From positions 232,551-296,550 of the forward strand of contig CAZEAE010000001.1 of assembly GCA_964510095.1 (NCBI GenBank): a stretch of 64,000 bases of DNA. Direction: 5' to 3'. The DNA comes from an uncultured Elusimicrobia bacterium (lineage in GTDB: Bacteria > Elusimicrobiota > Elusimicrobia > UBA1565 > UBA9628). Shown one piece after another: positions 26,147 through 34,816 of this stretch. Each line of letters begins with the position of its first letter. The stretch's first letter is position 1. The position numbers were made by a program, and so were the translations under genes. The notes beneath the pieces are model-generated. The model was not told the DNA's origin. It searched no databases and saw only the letters and a program-made list of their open reading frames with translations.

Positions 26147-26887
26147 TCAGTCTTGGAGCCGGAAGATGATGTTCTGGGGGAGCTTGACCGGCACCGGCCC
26201 GCCGCGGCCGACGGCCGGCGAGAAGCGCATGAGCGCGGCGACCTTGCGCGCGGCGGCGTCGAAAGCCGCTCCGGCGGAGGCCGTGACGTCGACGGGGTCG
26301 ACCTTGCCGTCGACGCCTATGTGGAGCGCGACGACCACCGTGCCCTCGCGCCCGGCGCGCCGCTCGCTCTCGGGATAGAAGCGCCGCAGATTAGCCAAGA
26401 CCTCGTCGCGGTTGAGCAGCTTCGGCAGCTGCAGAAGCGCGGCTCCGCCGTTGCCGGTGCCGCCGGGCACGCCGTCATCGGAGCCCGCCCCCGAGCCGCC
26501 GACCTTGGCCGCCGTGCCTTTTCCATCCACCGCGCCTCCCGAGGTGGCCGCGGGCGCCTCAGGAGCCTCGATGACCTTGGTCTGCGGGCCGGGCAGGACC
26601 CAGTCCTTCGGCGGCTCGACCGGCTTGACCACCGGGGCGGCGACCGGGCTGTCCACGGGTCGCGCCGGAGCCTTGGCTTCGGGCGCCAGCTTTTTGGGGG
26701 CGCCAAGCTTAGCCGGGCCGGTGCCCAGAAAAGAGGAGGTCAGGTCGATCTCCGCCGACGGCGACGGCGCCCATGAAGGCAGGCTCAGCCCGTGGGCGGC
26801 CAGCCAGAGGCCGCAGTGGAACAAGACGGAGGCGGCTAAAGCGCGTTGAAAGAGGCCCTCTTCCGCCGTCAGCTGCCGCAGCTTCAC
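26147..26887 (-). CDS. tonB: TonB-family energy transducer: N-terminal TM helix, Pro-rich linker and TonB C-terminal domain
   Basis: TM helix ASVLFHCGLWLAA; PEAKAP/KPVEPP proline-rich region; the C-terminal block REGTVVVALHIGVDGKV...F.PA...G.PV fits TonB_C. ATGA overlap with exbD. Confidence 0.65.
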   Translation of the reverse strand: MKLRQLTAEEGLFQRALAASVLFHCGLWLAAHGLSLPSWAPSPSAEIDLTSSFLGTGPAKLGAPKKLAPEAKAPARPVDSPVAAPVVKPVEPPKDWVLPGPQTKVIEAPEAPAATSGGAVDGKGTAAKVGGSGAGSDDGVPGGTGNGGAALLQLPKLLNRDEVLANLRRFYPESERRAGREGTVVVALHIGVDGKVDPVDVTASAGAAFDAAARKVAALMRFSPAVGRGGPVPVKLPQNIIFRLQD

Positions 26888-27276
26888 TTGACCTCCAGGC
26901 CGATCTTGCGCACCCCCGCTCCGCGCACGACGTCGAGCAGGGCTACGACCTCGCCGTACGGCAGGGTCTTGTCCGCCGACAGCGAGACATGCAGGTCGGG
27001 ACGGGCCTTGGCGAGCCCGGACAAGGTCTTGGCCAGCTCGGCGGCCGTCGTCAGCTTTCCGCCCAAGGCGACCTGCCGCTGAGCGTCGAAGAGTATCTGC
27101 AGCGTCTCGGTGGCGGTGCGTTCGTGGTGGGCGGCCTTGGGCACCTCGACCTTGAGGGCTCGCTTGGCGATCATGGGCGCGGTGGCCATGAAGATGATGA
27201 GCACGACGAGGATGATGTCGACCAGCGGCGTGACGTTGATGGCGGTGATCGCCTCGTCGCCGCTTCCGGACTGCAC
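26884..27276 (-). CDS. exbD: Biopolymer transport protein ExbD/TolR
   Basis: The motif INVTPLVDIILVVLIIFM is the ExbD signature. The start is assigned to a GTG (VQSGSG...) that overlaps the exbB stop by 1 nt; the longer listed ORF is an upstream-extension artefact. Confidence 0.6.
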   Translation of the reverse strand: MQSGSGDEAITAINVTPLVDIILVVLIIFMATAPMIAKRALKVEVPKAAHHERTATETLQILFDAQRQVALGGKLTTAAELAKTLSGLAKARPDLHVSLSADKTLPYGEVVALLDVVRGAGVRKIGLEVK

Positions 27277-27911
27277 TACTGCCTCCGGCCCGCCGGCGCC
27301 GAGCGGATGTGGGCCAAGAGCAGCCGGCCCAGCAGCTCGGTGCCCATCAGCAGGTCCTTGGCCTTCTTCTGGAAGTAGTTGAAGCCTACGACGCAGGGGA
27401 TGGCCACGATCAGGCCGACGGCAGTCGCGATCAGCGCCTCGGAGAGCCCCTGCATGACGACCTCCGGACCCGAGCCGCTCTCCCCCAGGTCGTGGAAAGC
27501 CTTGATGACGCCCAGCACGGTGCCGAAAAGGCCGATGAAAGGGGCGTTGCTGCCCAGGGTGCCCAAGACCAGCAGGCGCTGCTCGACGCGCCGCCTTTCG
27601 GCCAGGGTGGCCGCGACCATATGGTCCTCGACGCCGGCGGGGCCGTGCTTGGCCTGCTTGAGGCCGGCCAAGAGCACGCGCGCGGCGGCGCCGGGATGGG
27701 CGCGGATGGTCTTCTCCACGGCGGGAAGGTCGCGGTCGTCCCAATCCCCGATGAGCGCGGAGTTGAGCGTCTCGAGGGCGCGCAGCTCTCGGCTGAGCAA
27801 GAGCCCGCGCTCGATGATGACGGCGACCGCCGCGATCGAGCAGAGCAAGAGGCCGTAGATGACCCAATCGCCGCCCGTCAGCGCCAACGACCTTAAGAAG
27901 AGCAGATCCAT
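27276..27911 (-). CDS. exbB: MotA/TolQ/ExbB proton-channel family protein
   Basis: 211 aa with three TM segments. The motif GTLGSNAPFIGLFGTVLGVIKAF is a canonical ExbB/TolQ signature. Confidence 0.75.
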   Translation of the reverse strand: MDLLFLRSLALTGGDWVIYGLLLCSIAAVAVIIERGLLLSRELRALETLNSALIGDWDDRDLPAVEKTIRAHPGAAARVLLAGLKQAKHGPAGVEDHMVAATLAERRRVEQRLLVLGTLGSNAPFIGLFGTVLGVIKAFHDLGESGSGPEVVMQGLSEALIATAVGLIVAIPCVVGFNYFQKKAKDLLMGTELLGRLLLAHIRSAPAGRRQ

Positions 27912-27915
27912 GTCG

Positions 27916-28737
27916 TCACCGGTCCTTGAAGCGGTCGAGGTTGAGCAAGGCCGAGACGAGCTCGGCCTTGACGGAAGCGTTGGGCTCGAAGGTCAACTGC
28001 TGCATCAGCTTGCGGTATTCCTCGGCGCCGCCGAGCTCTCCCAGGTAGCGCACGGCCATGGCCCGGAGGAACCAGTCGGTGTGCCGGGCCATGCGCAGCA
28101 AGATCTCGCGGCCGGTCACATCGCCCATGCGCCAAAGCCCGGCGGCCGCGTAGATCTGCATGACCGGAGAGCGGTCGTCGCGCGCGGCGTTGGCCACCTG
28201 GAACTGCACGGCCGGGCTGCCGAGGATGAGCAGGGACTCCAAGGCCCCCAGGCGCACGGTCACGTTTTGATCGATGAGGGCTCCTTGAAAGAGGCCCAGG
28301 TAGCGCAGGTCGCGGGTGTAGGCCAAAGCGACCATGGCGGCGGCGCGGGTCTGCACGTTGCTGCCCTGGCGCACCGTGCGCTCGAGCTCGCTGGTCAGCT
28401 CGAGGTCGGTGACGCCGGCCAAGCCCTCGGTCAATAAAAAGCCCAATTCGGTATAGCGCGTCTTGAGCTGATAGCCCTTCACCGTCGAGATCTTCCCCAG
28501 GTTGCCGATGGAGGAATCGAGTAGGGCCTGGGAATCCGGACGCGCGTCCTGGCGCTGGCGCAGGAGGCGCAGCAGATGCATGTTGATCTGAGGGTCGATG
28601 ACGGCGCTCTTAGGGACCCTGTAGCGCGGCGCCGAGATCTCGAGGTCCTCGAGCCGGTAGGTGGTCAGGTCGACGGCCAGGTTCTGCGCGAGCGCCGCCG
28701 GCGCCAAGACCAGCAGCAGCGCGGTCAGCCCCCTCAC
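27916..28737 (-). CDS. Secreted HEAT-repeat (PBS-lyase HEAT-like) protein
   Basis: A signal peptide ending AALAQ; repeated V(R/Q)..A...LG......A...L..LL.D motifs. Confidence 0.5.
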   Translation of the reverse strand: MRGLTALLLVLAPAALAQNLAVDLTTYRLEDLEISAPRYRVPKSAVIDPQINMHLLRLLRQRQDARPDSQALLDSSIGNLGKISTVKGYQLKTRYTELGFLLTEGLAGVTDLELTSELERTVRQGSNVQTRAAAMVALAYTRDLRYLGLFQGALIDQNVTVRLGALESLLILGSPAVQFQVANAARDDRSPVMQIYAAAGLWRMGDVTGREILLRMARHTDWFLRAMAVRYLGELGGAEEYRKLMQQLTFEPNASVKAELVSALLNLDRFKDR

Positions 28738-29582
28738 TTGGGCACCGTCTTAGGGAAGAGCTTAAGGGCGGCGATGCAGTACTCGGCCACGACGAAGTCG
28801 TTGCTGACCTCGCGGCCGATGCGGGAGGTCATGAGGCGATAATCCTCTGCGGCGCCGTAATCGCCGAGGTAGCGGGCGGCCATGGCGCGCACCAGCCAGC
28901 TGGGGTCGTCCAAAAAGGCGCGCAGGCGCAGCAGGCCGGAGGGGTCTTCCATGCGGGCCAAGCCCGAGGCGGCATAGACGCGCAGGATGGGCTCGTACTC
29001 GCGCTCGGTGGCCATCGACAAGAGCGACATCGACTTCTCCGGATGCCCCCAGACGATGAGCGCCTCGAGGGCGGCGAAGCGCACCGCGGGGTCCAGGTGG
29101 ACCAAGGCCTCCCGGAAGATGTCGAAATGCGCGATATCGTGAAGGCCGGCCAGCGCGACCAGGGCGTTGGCGCGCGTCTCGCCGTTGTTGTCCCAGCGAG
29201 CCAGTTCGATGAGCTTCTGACGGAAGACGGGGTCGGCATTGCGCGAGGAGGCCTCGGACAATGGGACACCGATATTGAGGAATCGGTTCCTCAGCTGGAA
29301 GCCGATGGGCGAGCCCACGCTCAATATCTCGCCTAGGGGCGTGCCTTGCACGTTGGCCAGGTCGACGCGGGCCTTGTCCTTGCGCTCGATGAGGTCGACC
29401 AAGGTGTTGGTGATCTGGGCGTCGGGCTTGACGGCCGGCGCCGGGGGCGGCGCGCCGGCGGCGACGCCGCCCGCGGGGGCCGCGGGACCGCCGGGGATGA
29501 CGGGGGCTTCCACGCAGCCGCCCAGCGCCAGGCCGAGCGCGGCCAAGAAGATCCACCGTCGGGAAGCGTTCATCCTCTTCAT
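28734..29582 (-). CDS. HEAT-repeat lipoprotein
   Basis: Lipobox LALGGC; HEAT-like repeats (DPAVRFAALEALIVWGHPE, DPSWLVRAMAARYLGDYGA); ATGA overlap with the downstream HEAT gene. Confidence 0.5.
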   Translation of the reverse strand: MKRMNASRRWIFLAALGLALGGCVEAPVIPGGPAAPAGGVAAGAPPPAPAVKPDAQITNTLVDLIERKDKARVDLANVQGTPLGEILSVGSPIGFQLRNRFLNIGVPLSEASSRNADPVFRQKLIELARWDNNGETRANALVALAGLHDIAHFDIFREALVHLDPAVRFAALEALIVWGHPEKSMSLLSMATEREYEPILRVYAASGLARMEDPSGLLRLRAFLDDPSWLVRAMAARYLGDYGAAEDYRLMTSRIGREVSNDFVVAEYCIAALKLFPKTVPK

Positions 29583-31051
29583 TCTAACAAAATGTCGGCC
29601 GAGAAGACGCTCAGGCGGGTCGCGGGGTCATCGGCACAGCTGACCGGCAAGCCGGCCTTCTGATGGCAAAGCTCTTCCAGGAAGCGCTTTTTATCCGGCA
29701 GCACGGACCAGACCTGCGGCAGGAAGACGCCGGTCCGCCCTCCCTGTTCCAAGAGGACGCCGTCGCCTTGGGATACTTCGGCGGAACCCTTCACCGGCTT
29801 GAGCCGCGACAAGACGGAGATCTCAAGGCGGACTTGCGCCACTTCTTCGGCCTTGAGCGCCGCAAAGCGCGCGTCCTGCGTGGCGCTGGCCTGAGCCATG
29901 TGCGCCACCGCCTCCGCGAGGGTCTCTTCCGGACGGGTCTGCCCCACGCAGCCCCGCAAAGCCCCGTCGGGCCCGTTGATGGTCACGAACACCGCCGCCG
30001 GGAGGTTCAAGGCCGTCATGCTGGAAAGGGCGATGGGCTCGACCTTAGCCCCGCTCAACAAGCCCTCTATGCTGCGGCGGGCGATCTGCAACAACCGTTG
30101 TCGTAATCCCGGCTGAGCCCCGAGAGTAGGCGGCGCCGGCGCTATCTTCGTGCGCAGAAACAAGCCCGAAGCATAGCCCACGACATGCCGGTAGTCGCGC
30201 TCGGACACCACATCGCCTGAGTTATAACGACTGAGCAACGAGAAGCGATCGGCCCCGAGCTCGCCGGCCGCCGTCATCACCGCAGTCACCGCCCCTTCCC
30301 CGCAATAACTGACGTCGAGATGCGGCAGCGACCGATCGAGCATCAGCCGGTTGGTCAGCCAGAAATACGCGGGGTCCATCGAGGCCAGCGCCGCCAAAGT
30401 GGTCTGGTCGACGAGGTCGGCCGTCCCCCCTTCCGGATAGTGCGACAGGTCGGTGGAGGCGACGAGCAGGACGCGCTTGCCGCGCGCGGCCGAAGCGATG
30501 GCGCTTCCGACGGCGCGGGCCGTTTCGAGATCCTGAGCGTTCATGATCAGCGCCACGAGCTTGACCGCGCCGAGACGCTTGCGCAGGAAGGGCAGTTGGA
30601 CCTCGATGGAATGCTCTTTCTCGTGAGCCGCGGCGTCAGGCCTGATCAAAGGGCTGGCCGCTTCGAGGGCCGCGGCCAGCTTCTCGTCGAAGGCCAGCGC
30701 CCCCTCCGGGGTGGCATAGGCGCCGGGATAGAGCGCGGCGCCCGCCACGTCCCTGGTATGGGCCGTGCCGACGATGATGACCGAATCCCAGCGCCCCGGC
30801 CCGAGCGCGGCATAAGCCTTTGCCGCCGCGGCGCCGGAGAACTCCCAGCCGGCATGGGGCACGAGCAGGGCAAGGACCTCGCCGGAGACAGCCGGGCCTT
30901 TGGCCGCGGCCAGAAGCCTGTCGGCGGCCGCGGCGATGTCCTTGGCTCTCGTCGGGTAGAACTGGCCCGCCATCGCGGGCTGGCGCGGCTCGGCGGCCGG
31001 CGCGGCGGGCGCCATGAGGAAAGCGAGAAGCAGCAGCAACCGAATCTTCAT
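29579..31051 (-). CDS. Memo-like (AmmeMemoRadiSam system protein B) fused to AMMECR1 (protein A), preceded by a cleavable-looking signal peptide
   Basis: N-terminus MKIRLLLLLAFLMAPAAPAA. The Memo motifs are AGQFYP and PHAGWEFSG. The C-terminal AMMECR1 motif is AVFVTINGPDGALRGCVGQ. Confidence 0.7.
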   Translation of the reverse strand: MKIRLLLLLAFLMAPAAPAAEPRQPAMAGQFYPTRAKDIAAAADRLLAAAKGPAVSGEVLALLVPHAGWEFSGAAAAKAYAALGPGRWDSVIIVGTAHTRDVAGAALYPGAYATPEGALAFDEKLAAALEAASPLIRPDAAAHEKEHSIEVQLPFLRKRLGAVKLVALIMNAQDLETARAVGSAIASAARGKRVLLVASTDLSHYPEGGTADLVDQTTLAALASMDPAYFWLTNRLMLDRSLPHLDVSYCGEGAVTAVMTAAGELGADRFSLLSRYNSGDVVSERDYRHVVGYASGLFLRTKIAPAPPTLGAQPGLRQRLLQIARRSIEGLLSGAKVEPIALSSMTALNLPAAVFVTINGPDGALRGCVGQTRPEETLAEAVAHMAQASATQDARFAALKAEEVAQVRLEISVLSRLKPVKGSAEVSQGDGVLLEQGGRTGVFLPQVWSVLPDKKRFLEELCHQKAGLPVSCADDPATRLSVFSADILLE

Positions 31052-31210
31052 TTTCTTGTAATGATTCCGCGACGGAGTCCTGTTAGACTAGTGATGAAGG
31101 CGCGACAACTGCTAGGCGCATCGAGTTCGACAACAGCCTCATACTGAAGCAAGCGACCAGTGCCGCCCTCCGGACTCTCCTCCGGAGGGCGGTTTTTTCA
31201 GCACGTCAGC

Positions 31211-31747
31211 TCACTCGACCTTGCCCACGTCTTGGAAGCTCTTGAGGATCCGTTCGAGCCAGCGCTGGTCCATCTCGTCGAAGGCGGCCGGCTGCTCGCT
31301 GTCGACGTCGAAGACGGCGATGACCTTGCCGTCGCGGTCGAAGACCGGGACGGCGATCTCGCTCTGGTTCTTAGGGTCGCACTCGACGTGCGCCTCGCCC
31401 AAAGCCTTGATGTCGGGCACGATCACGGCCTGGCCGGTCTTGGCCACTTTGCCGCAGACGCCGTGCATGGGCAACGGCGAGCAGGCGGGCTTGTCGCGGT
31501 GCGGCCCCAGCACCAGGGTCTGGCCGCCGCCTTGTAATAGGTAAAAGCCGCACCAGGAATAGGGCGCGCCGCCGAAGGCGTCCCAGAGCATGTCGACGAC
31601 TTCTTTCATCATACGGTCGCTCTTGAGCTCACGCCTGCGCCATTTGCGGTCCAATTCATGGCGCACCTTGTCGTAGCGGGCGCGTGAAGGGCGGCCCTTG
31701 ATGTCTATCTGCTCTTCCGGCATCTCAGGCAAGTCGCTCAAGCTCAT
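31211..31747 (-). CDS. GAF-domain protein (free methionine-R-sulfoxide reductase / YebR-like)
   Basis: WCGFY...GPHRDKPACSPLPMHGVCG is typical of the fRMsr GAF family. Confidence 0.6.
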   Translation of the reverse strand: MSLSDLPEMPEEQIDIKGRPSRARYDKVRHELDRKWRRRELKSDRMMKEVVDMLWDAFGGAPYSWCGFYLLQGGGQTLVLGPHRDKPACSPLPMHGVCGKVAKTGQAVIVPDIKALGEAHVECDPKNQSEIAVPVFDRDGKVIAVFDVDSEQPAAFDEMDQRWLERILKSFQDVGKVE

Positions 31748-32739
31748 GGTTTCGGCTCCGATGCTATCAGTTGGCCGCAGGCTCCCTGGATATCGCGGCC
31801 CAGGTTCTGGCGGACGGTGGCATGCAGGCCCGCCGAGAGCAGCGCGCTCTGGAAGCGGCGCGCGCCCTCCTCGGCGGTGGCCTCGTGCGGCGTGTCGGTC
31901 TGGTTATAGACGATCAGGTTCACGTGCAAAAGCTCGAGGGTCCCCACCGACTTGACCCAGGCGATGAGGTCCTGTGAATCCTGCGGCCGGTCGTTCTCGC
32001 CGCGAAGCATCACGTATTCCAAGAACACCTTGCGCGGCGTGAGCGCCAGGTAAGTCTTGAGCGCTTCGGCCAAGCGCGCCAGCGGATAGGCCTTGTTCAG
32101 CGGCACGAGCTTCGTCCGCAAGGCGTCGTTGGCCGCATGCAAGGAAAGCGCCAGGTTGATCTGAGGGAAATCCCGGCCGAAGCGCTCCATCTGCGGCGCC
32201 AGACCGGACGTGGAGACCGAGATGTGCCGTGCGCCGATGCCGAACTGCTTCTGGTCCATCAGGATCCTCAAGCTCTGGGCCACGGGCTCGTAGGCGGCGA
32301 AGGGCTCCCCCATGCCCATATAGACCACGTTGTCTATGCGGCCGGCAAGCCCCTCGGCCTTCATGTACTGCCGCCAGAAGAGGACCTGGTCGGTGATCTC
32401 CTCGGGCGTCAGATCGCGGGAAAACCCCATCAGGCCGGTGGCGCAGAAGGTGCAGCCGATGGCGCAGCCGACCTGCGAAGAGATGCAGGTCGTCCAGCGC
32501 GTCTCGCTGGGGCGCAGCAGGACCGTCTCGATGACGCGGCCGTCGCTGAGCGTCAGCAGCGCCTTGTGGGCGCGCTTGTCGGCGGAGACCTTCACGAGCT
32601 TGCGCGTCAGGCTCATCAGCGGGAGGTCTCTCTCGAGCGATTCCCGTAAAGAGGCCGGCAGCACCGCGATCTCCCCGTAGGAGGCCGCGGCTTCCGTGAA
32701 AACGGCCCGGCGCAGCTGATCGAGCCGGAAGGCCGGCAT
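31744..32739 (-). CDS. rlmN: Radical SAM 23S rRNA (A2503-C2) / tRNA (A37-C2) methyltransferase RlmN
   Basis: CISSQVGCAIGCTFCATG (CxxxCxxC); MGMGEP; VSTSG; ACGQL. The start is set at the internal Met MPAFRLDQL; the listed ORF extends upstream. Confidence 0.75.
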   Translation of the reverse strand: MPAFRLDQLRRAVFTEAAASYGEIAVLPASLRESLERDLPLMSLTRKLVKVSADKRAHKALLTLSDGRVIETVLLRPSETRWTTCISSQVGCAIGCTFCATGLMGFSRDLTPEEITDQVLFWRQYMKAEGLAGRIDNVVYMGMGEPFAAYEPVAQSLRILMDQKQFGIGARHISVSTSGLAPQMERFGRDFPQINLALSLHAANDALRTKLVPLNKAYPLARLAEALKTYLALTPRKVFLEYVMLRGENDRPQDSQDLIAWVKSVGTLELLHVNLIVYNQTDTPHEATAEEGARRFQSALLSAGLHATVRQNLGRDIQGACGQLIASEPKP

Positions 32740-32780
32740 CTTCAGCGCCTGCAGGGCGACGGACGCGCGCGCCAAGTCCA

Positions 32781-33410
32781 CTAGTAGGTGACCTCCAGCA
32801 CGTCCTTGGAGTCGATGAGCTGCTTGACCACGTCCTTCTGCGTCAAGCGCGCCCCCGAGGTATACCATTCGCTGTAAAAAAGGTCGTTCTTCTTCATCAG
32901 CTTGCGGCGCAGGACGACGACGTCGGCCTCGCGAAAGATGGTCTTGATGTCCTCGATGACCTTCTCGTCGAGCTTGGAGACGATCTTGAAGTTGTGCCGC
33001 TGGCGCCAGTCGTCGATCAGGATGTCCATGCGCGTGAAGACCAGCTGGACGAAGAGCACGGTGGCCGTCGTCAGCGCCGCGACCGTGTACAGTCCGTAGC
33101 CGACGGCCATGCCGATGGCGGCGACGATGAAGATCATGGCCGCCGTCGTCAAGCCGACGACGCGGTCGCCGTCGCGCATGATCGCGCCGGCGCCCAGGAA
33201 CCCGACGCCGGAGACCAGCTGGGCGGCGATGCGCGCGGGATCCGCCGTGAACCGGGAAGAAATGATCGTGAAAAGCGTCGCGCCCAGGCAGATCAGGATA
33301 TTGGTGCGCAGGCCGGCGGCCTTATCGCTGACCTCGCGCTCCAGGCCGATAGCCGCGCCGAGGACCAGCGAAAAAAGGAGTCTTACGGCTTCTTGGCTGA
33401 TGTGTTCCAT
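32781..33410 (-). CDS. MgtC/SapB family membrane protein
   Basis: The motif LGAAIGLEREVSDKAAGLRTNILICLGATLF is the MgtC signature. Only the C-terminal 209 aa of the listed ORF are used; the upstream part is Arg-rich antisense of hemY. Confidence 0.6.
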   Translation of the reverse strand: MEHISQEAVRLLFSLVLGAAIGLEREVSDKAAGLRTNILICLGATLFTIISSRFTADPARIAAQLVSGVGFLGAGAIMRDGDRVVGLTTAAMIFIVAAIGMAVGYGLYTVAALTTATVLFVQLVFTRMDILIDDWRQRHNFKIVSKLDEKVIEDIKTIFREADVVVLRRKLMKKNDLFYSEWYTSGARLTQKDVVKQLIDSKDVLEVTY

Positions 33411-33418
33411 TCTCCCCC

Positions 33419-34816
33419 CTAGATGACCGCCCCAGACGCCGCGGCCCGCGCCTGGGCGGCGGCCTTGCGTCCGGAGTTGATGCAGTCGGGCAGGCCCACG
33501 CCGCGGTAAGACGATCCCGCCAGGATCAAGCCCGGGTGGGCCCGCAGGCAGGATTCGATGCGAGCCAGCCGCAAGCCGTGCCCGACGTTGAATTGGGGGT
33601 TGGCGCGGGGCCAACGCGCCACGCGAGACCAGAGCGGGTGAGCCTCGCCCAGGCCCAGCATCTGCCGAAGCTCGGTGCGCGCCAGGCGCGCGACCTGCGC
33701 CTCGTCGCCGGAGACGTCGGCTTCGCGGCCCGCGCCTCCCAGGAAACAGCGGATCAGCGCGACACCCTCGGGTGCGCGCTGCGGGAACTTGGTCGATAAG
33801 AAGGTGACGCCGCTCAAGGCGCGCTTCTCCGAGCGCGGCACCAAGAAGCCGTAGCCGTCGAGCGGGTGGGGGATGTCCTTGCGGGCGTAGGCCAGGGTCA
33901 CCGTCGCGCTGGAGGCGAACGGGATCTCGCGCAAGACGCAAGCCAGCTCGGGATCCAAGTCTTCCGCCGTCTCCGCAAGGGCCCAAGCGGGCAAAGCGCT
34001 GACCACCGCCTCGGCCTCGTAAACGCCCTTGGCGGTAGCCGCCTGCCAGCCGCCCCGCAGCCGGCGCAAGGAGACCGCGCCCTCGCTCAAACGCAAAGAG
34101 CCTGGCGGCAGGCGCGCGGCCAAGGCCGCGATCAAGCTCGACAGTCCCCCTTTCAGGGTCATGAAGCCGGCCGGGGCGGCTCCGGAGGAGGCACGCCGCT
34201 TGGCCCACATCGCGCGCAGCAGGCCGCCCTGCTTCTCCATCTGAAGGAACTGCGGGAAAGTGCTTTGCAGGCTCAACTGCTCGGCGTCGGCGGCGAATAT
34301 GCCGGCAAGCATCGGAGCGACCAAGAGGTCGGCCGCCTCCGGTCCCAGGCGCCTTCGAAAGAAGCTCGCCACCGATTCATCGACGCCGGGCTCGCCCTCG
34401 GCGGCGAACGGCTCAAGGCCCATGCGCAGCCGCCCCTTAAGGCTCATCAGGTCGCTTCTAAGGAACGGGAGGATCTTGGTCGGCAAGATCAGGCTCAAGC
34501 CTTCGGGCATGGCCCGCAGGGCGCCGCGCGTATAGACCCAGATGGTCTTGGCGAGCGGGTTGGTGCCGACCAGCTCGTCGGAGAGCCCCAGCTCCTTGAT
34601 CAGCTCGACGGCATGAGGCTTGGCGGCCAAGAAGGAATCGGGGCCGGTCTCGAAAAGCGCGCCGTCGCGCTCCTCGGTGCGCACCTTGCCGCCGATACGA
34701 TCGGAGGCCTCCAGCACGACGACCGAACGCCCGGCGCGCGCCAGGTCATAGGCGGCCGAGAGGCCGGTGATGCCGGCGCCCAGCACGACGACGGGGCCCG
34801 CGCCGGGCTCGCTCAA
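33419..34816 (-). CDS. hemY: Protoporphyrinogen / coproporphyrinogen III oxidase, HemY family (FAD-dependent)
   Basis: The dinucleotide-binding motif VVVLGAGITGLSAAY and the overall HemY-like sequence. The start is uncertain; it is assigned to a TTG overlapping the hemE stop (TTGA). Confidence 0.55.
   Translation of the reverse strand: MSEPGAGPVVVLGAGITGLSAAYDLARAGRSVVVLEASDRIGGKVRTEERDGALFETGPDSFLAAKPHAVELIKELGLSDELVGTNPLAKTIWVYTRGALRAMPEGLSLILPTKILPFLRSDLMSLKGRLRMGLEPFAAEGEPGVDESVASFFRRRLGPEAADLLVAPMLAGIFAADAEQLSLQSTFPQFLQMEKQGGLLRAMWAKRRASSGAAPAGFMTLKGGLSSLIAALAARLPPGSLRLSEGAVSLRRLRGGWQAATAKGVYEAEAVVSALPAWALAETAEDLDPELACVLREIPFASSATVTLAYARKDIPHPLDGYGFLVPRSEKRALSGVTFLSTKFPQRAPEGVALIRCFLGGAGREADVSGDEAQVARLARTELRQMLGLGEAHPLWSRVARWPRANPQFNVGHGLRLARIESCLRAHPGLILAGSSYRGVGLPDCINSGRKAAAQARAAASGAVI

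Noticed and set aside
26884-27867. A 327-aa ORF extending ExbD far upstream
   Set aside because: The upstream 195 aa are Arg/Pro-rich and overlap the well-supported exbB gene in another frame. Only the C-terminal ~130 aa match ExbD, with a GTG start overlapping the exbB stop.
31744-32868. A radical SAM gene next to the Memo-AMMECR1 fusion, considered as the AmmeMemoRadiSam partner enzyme
   Set aside because: Its motifs (SSQVGC..C.FC.TG, MGMGEP, ACGQL) are those of RlmN/Cfr methyltransferases, not the TIGR04337-type activase. It is also separated from the fusion by a GAF gene.
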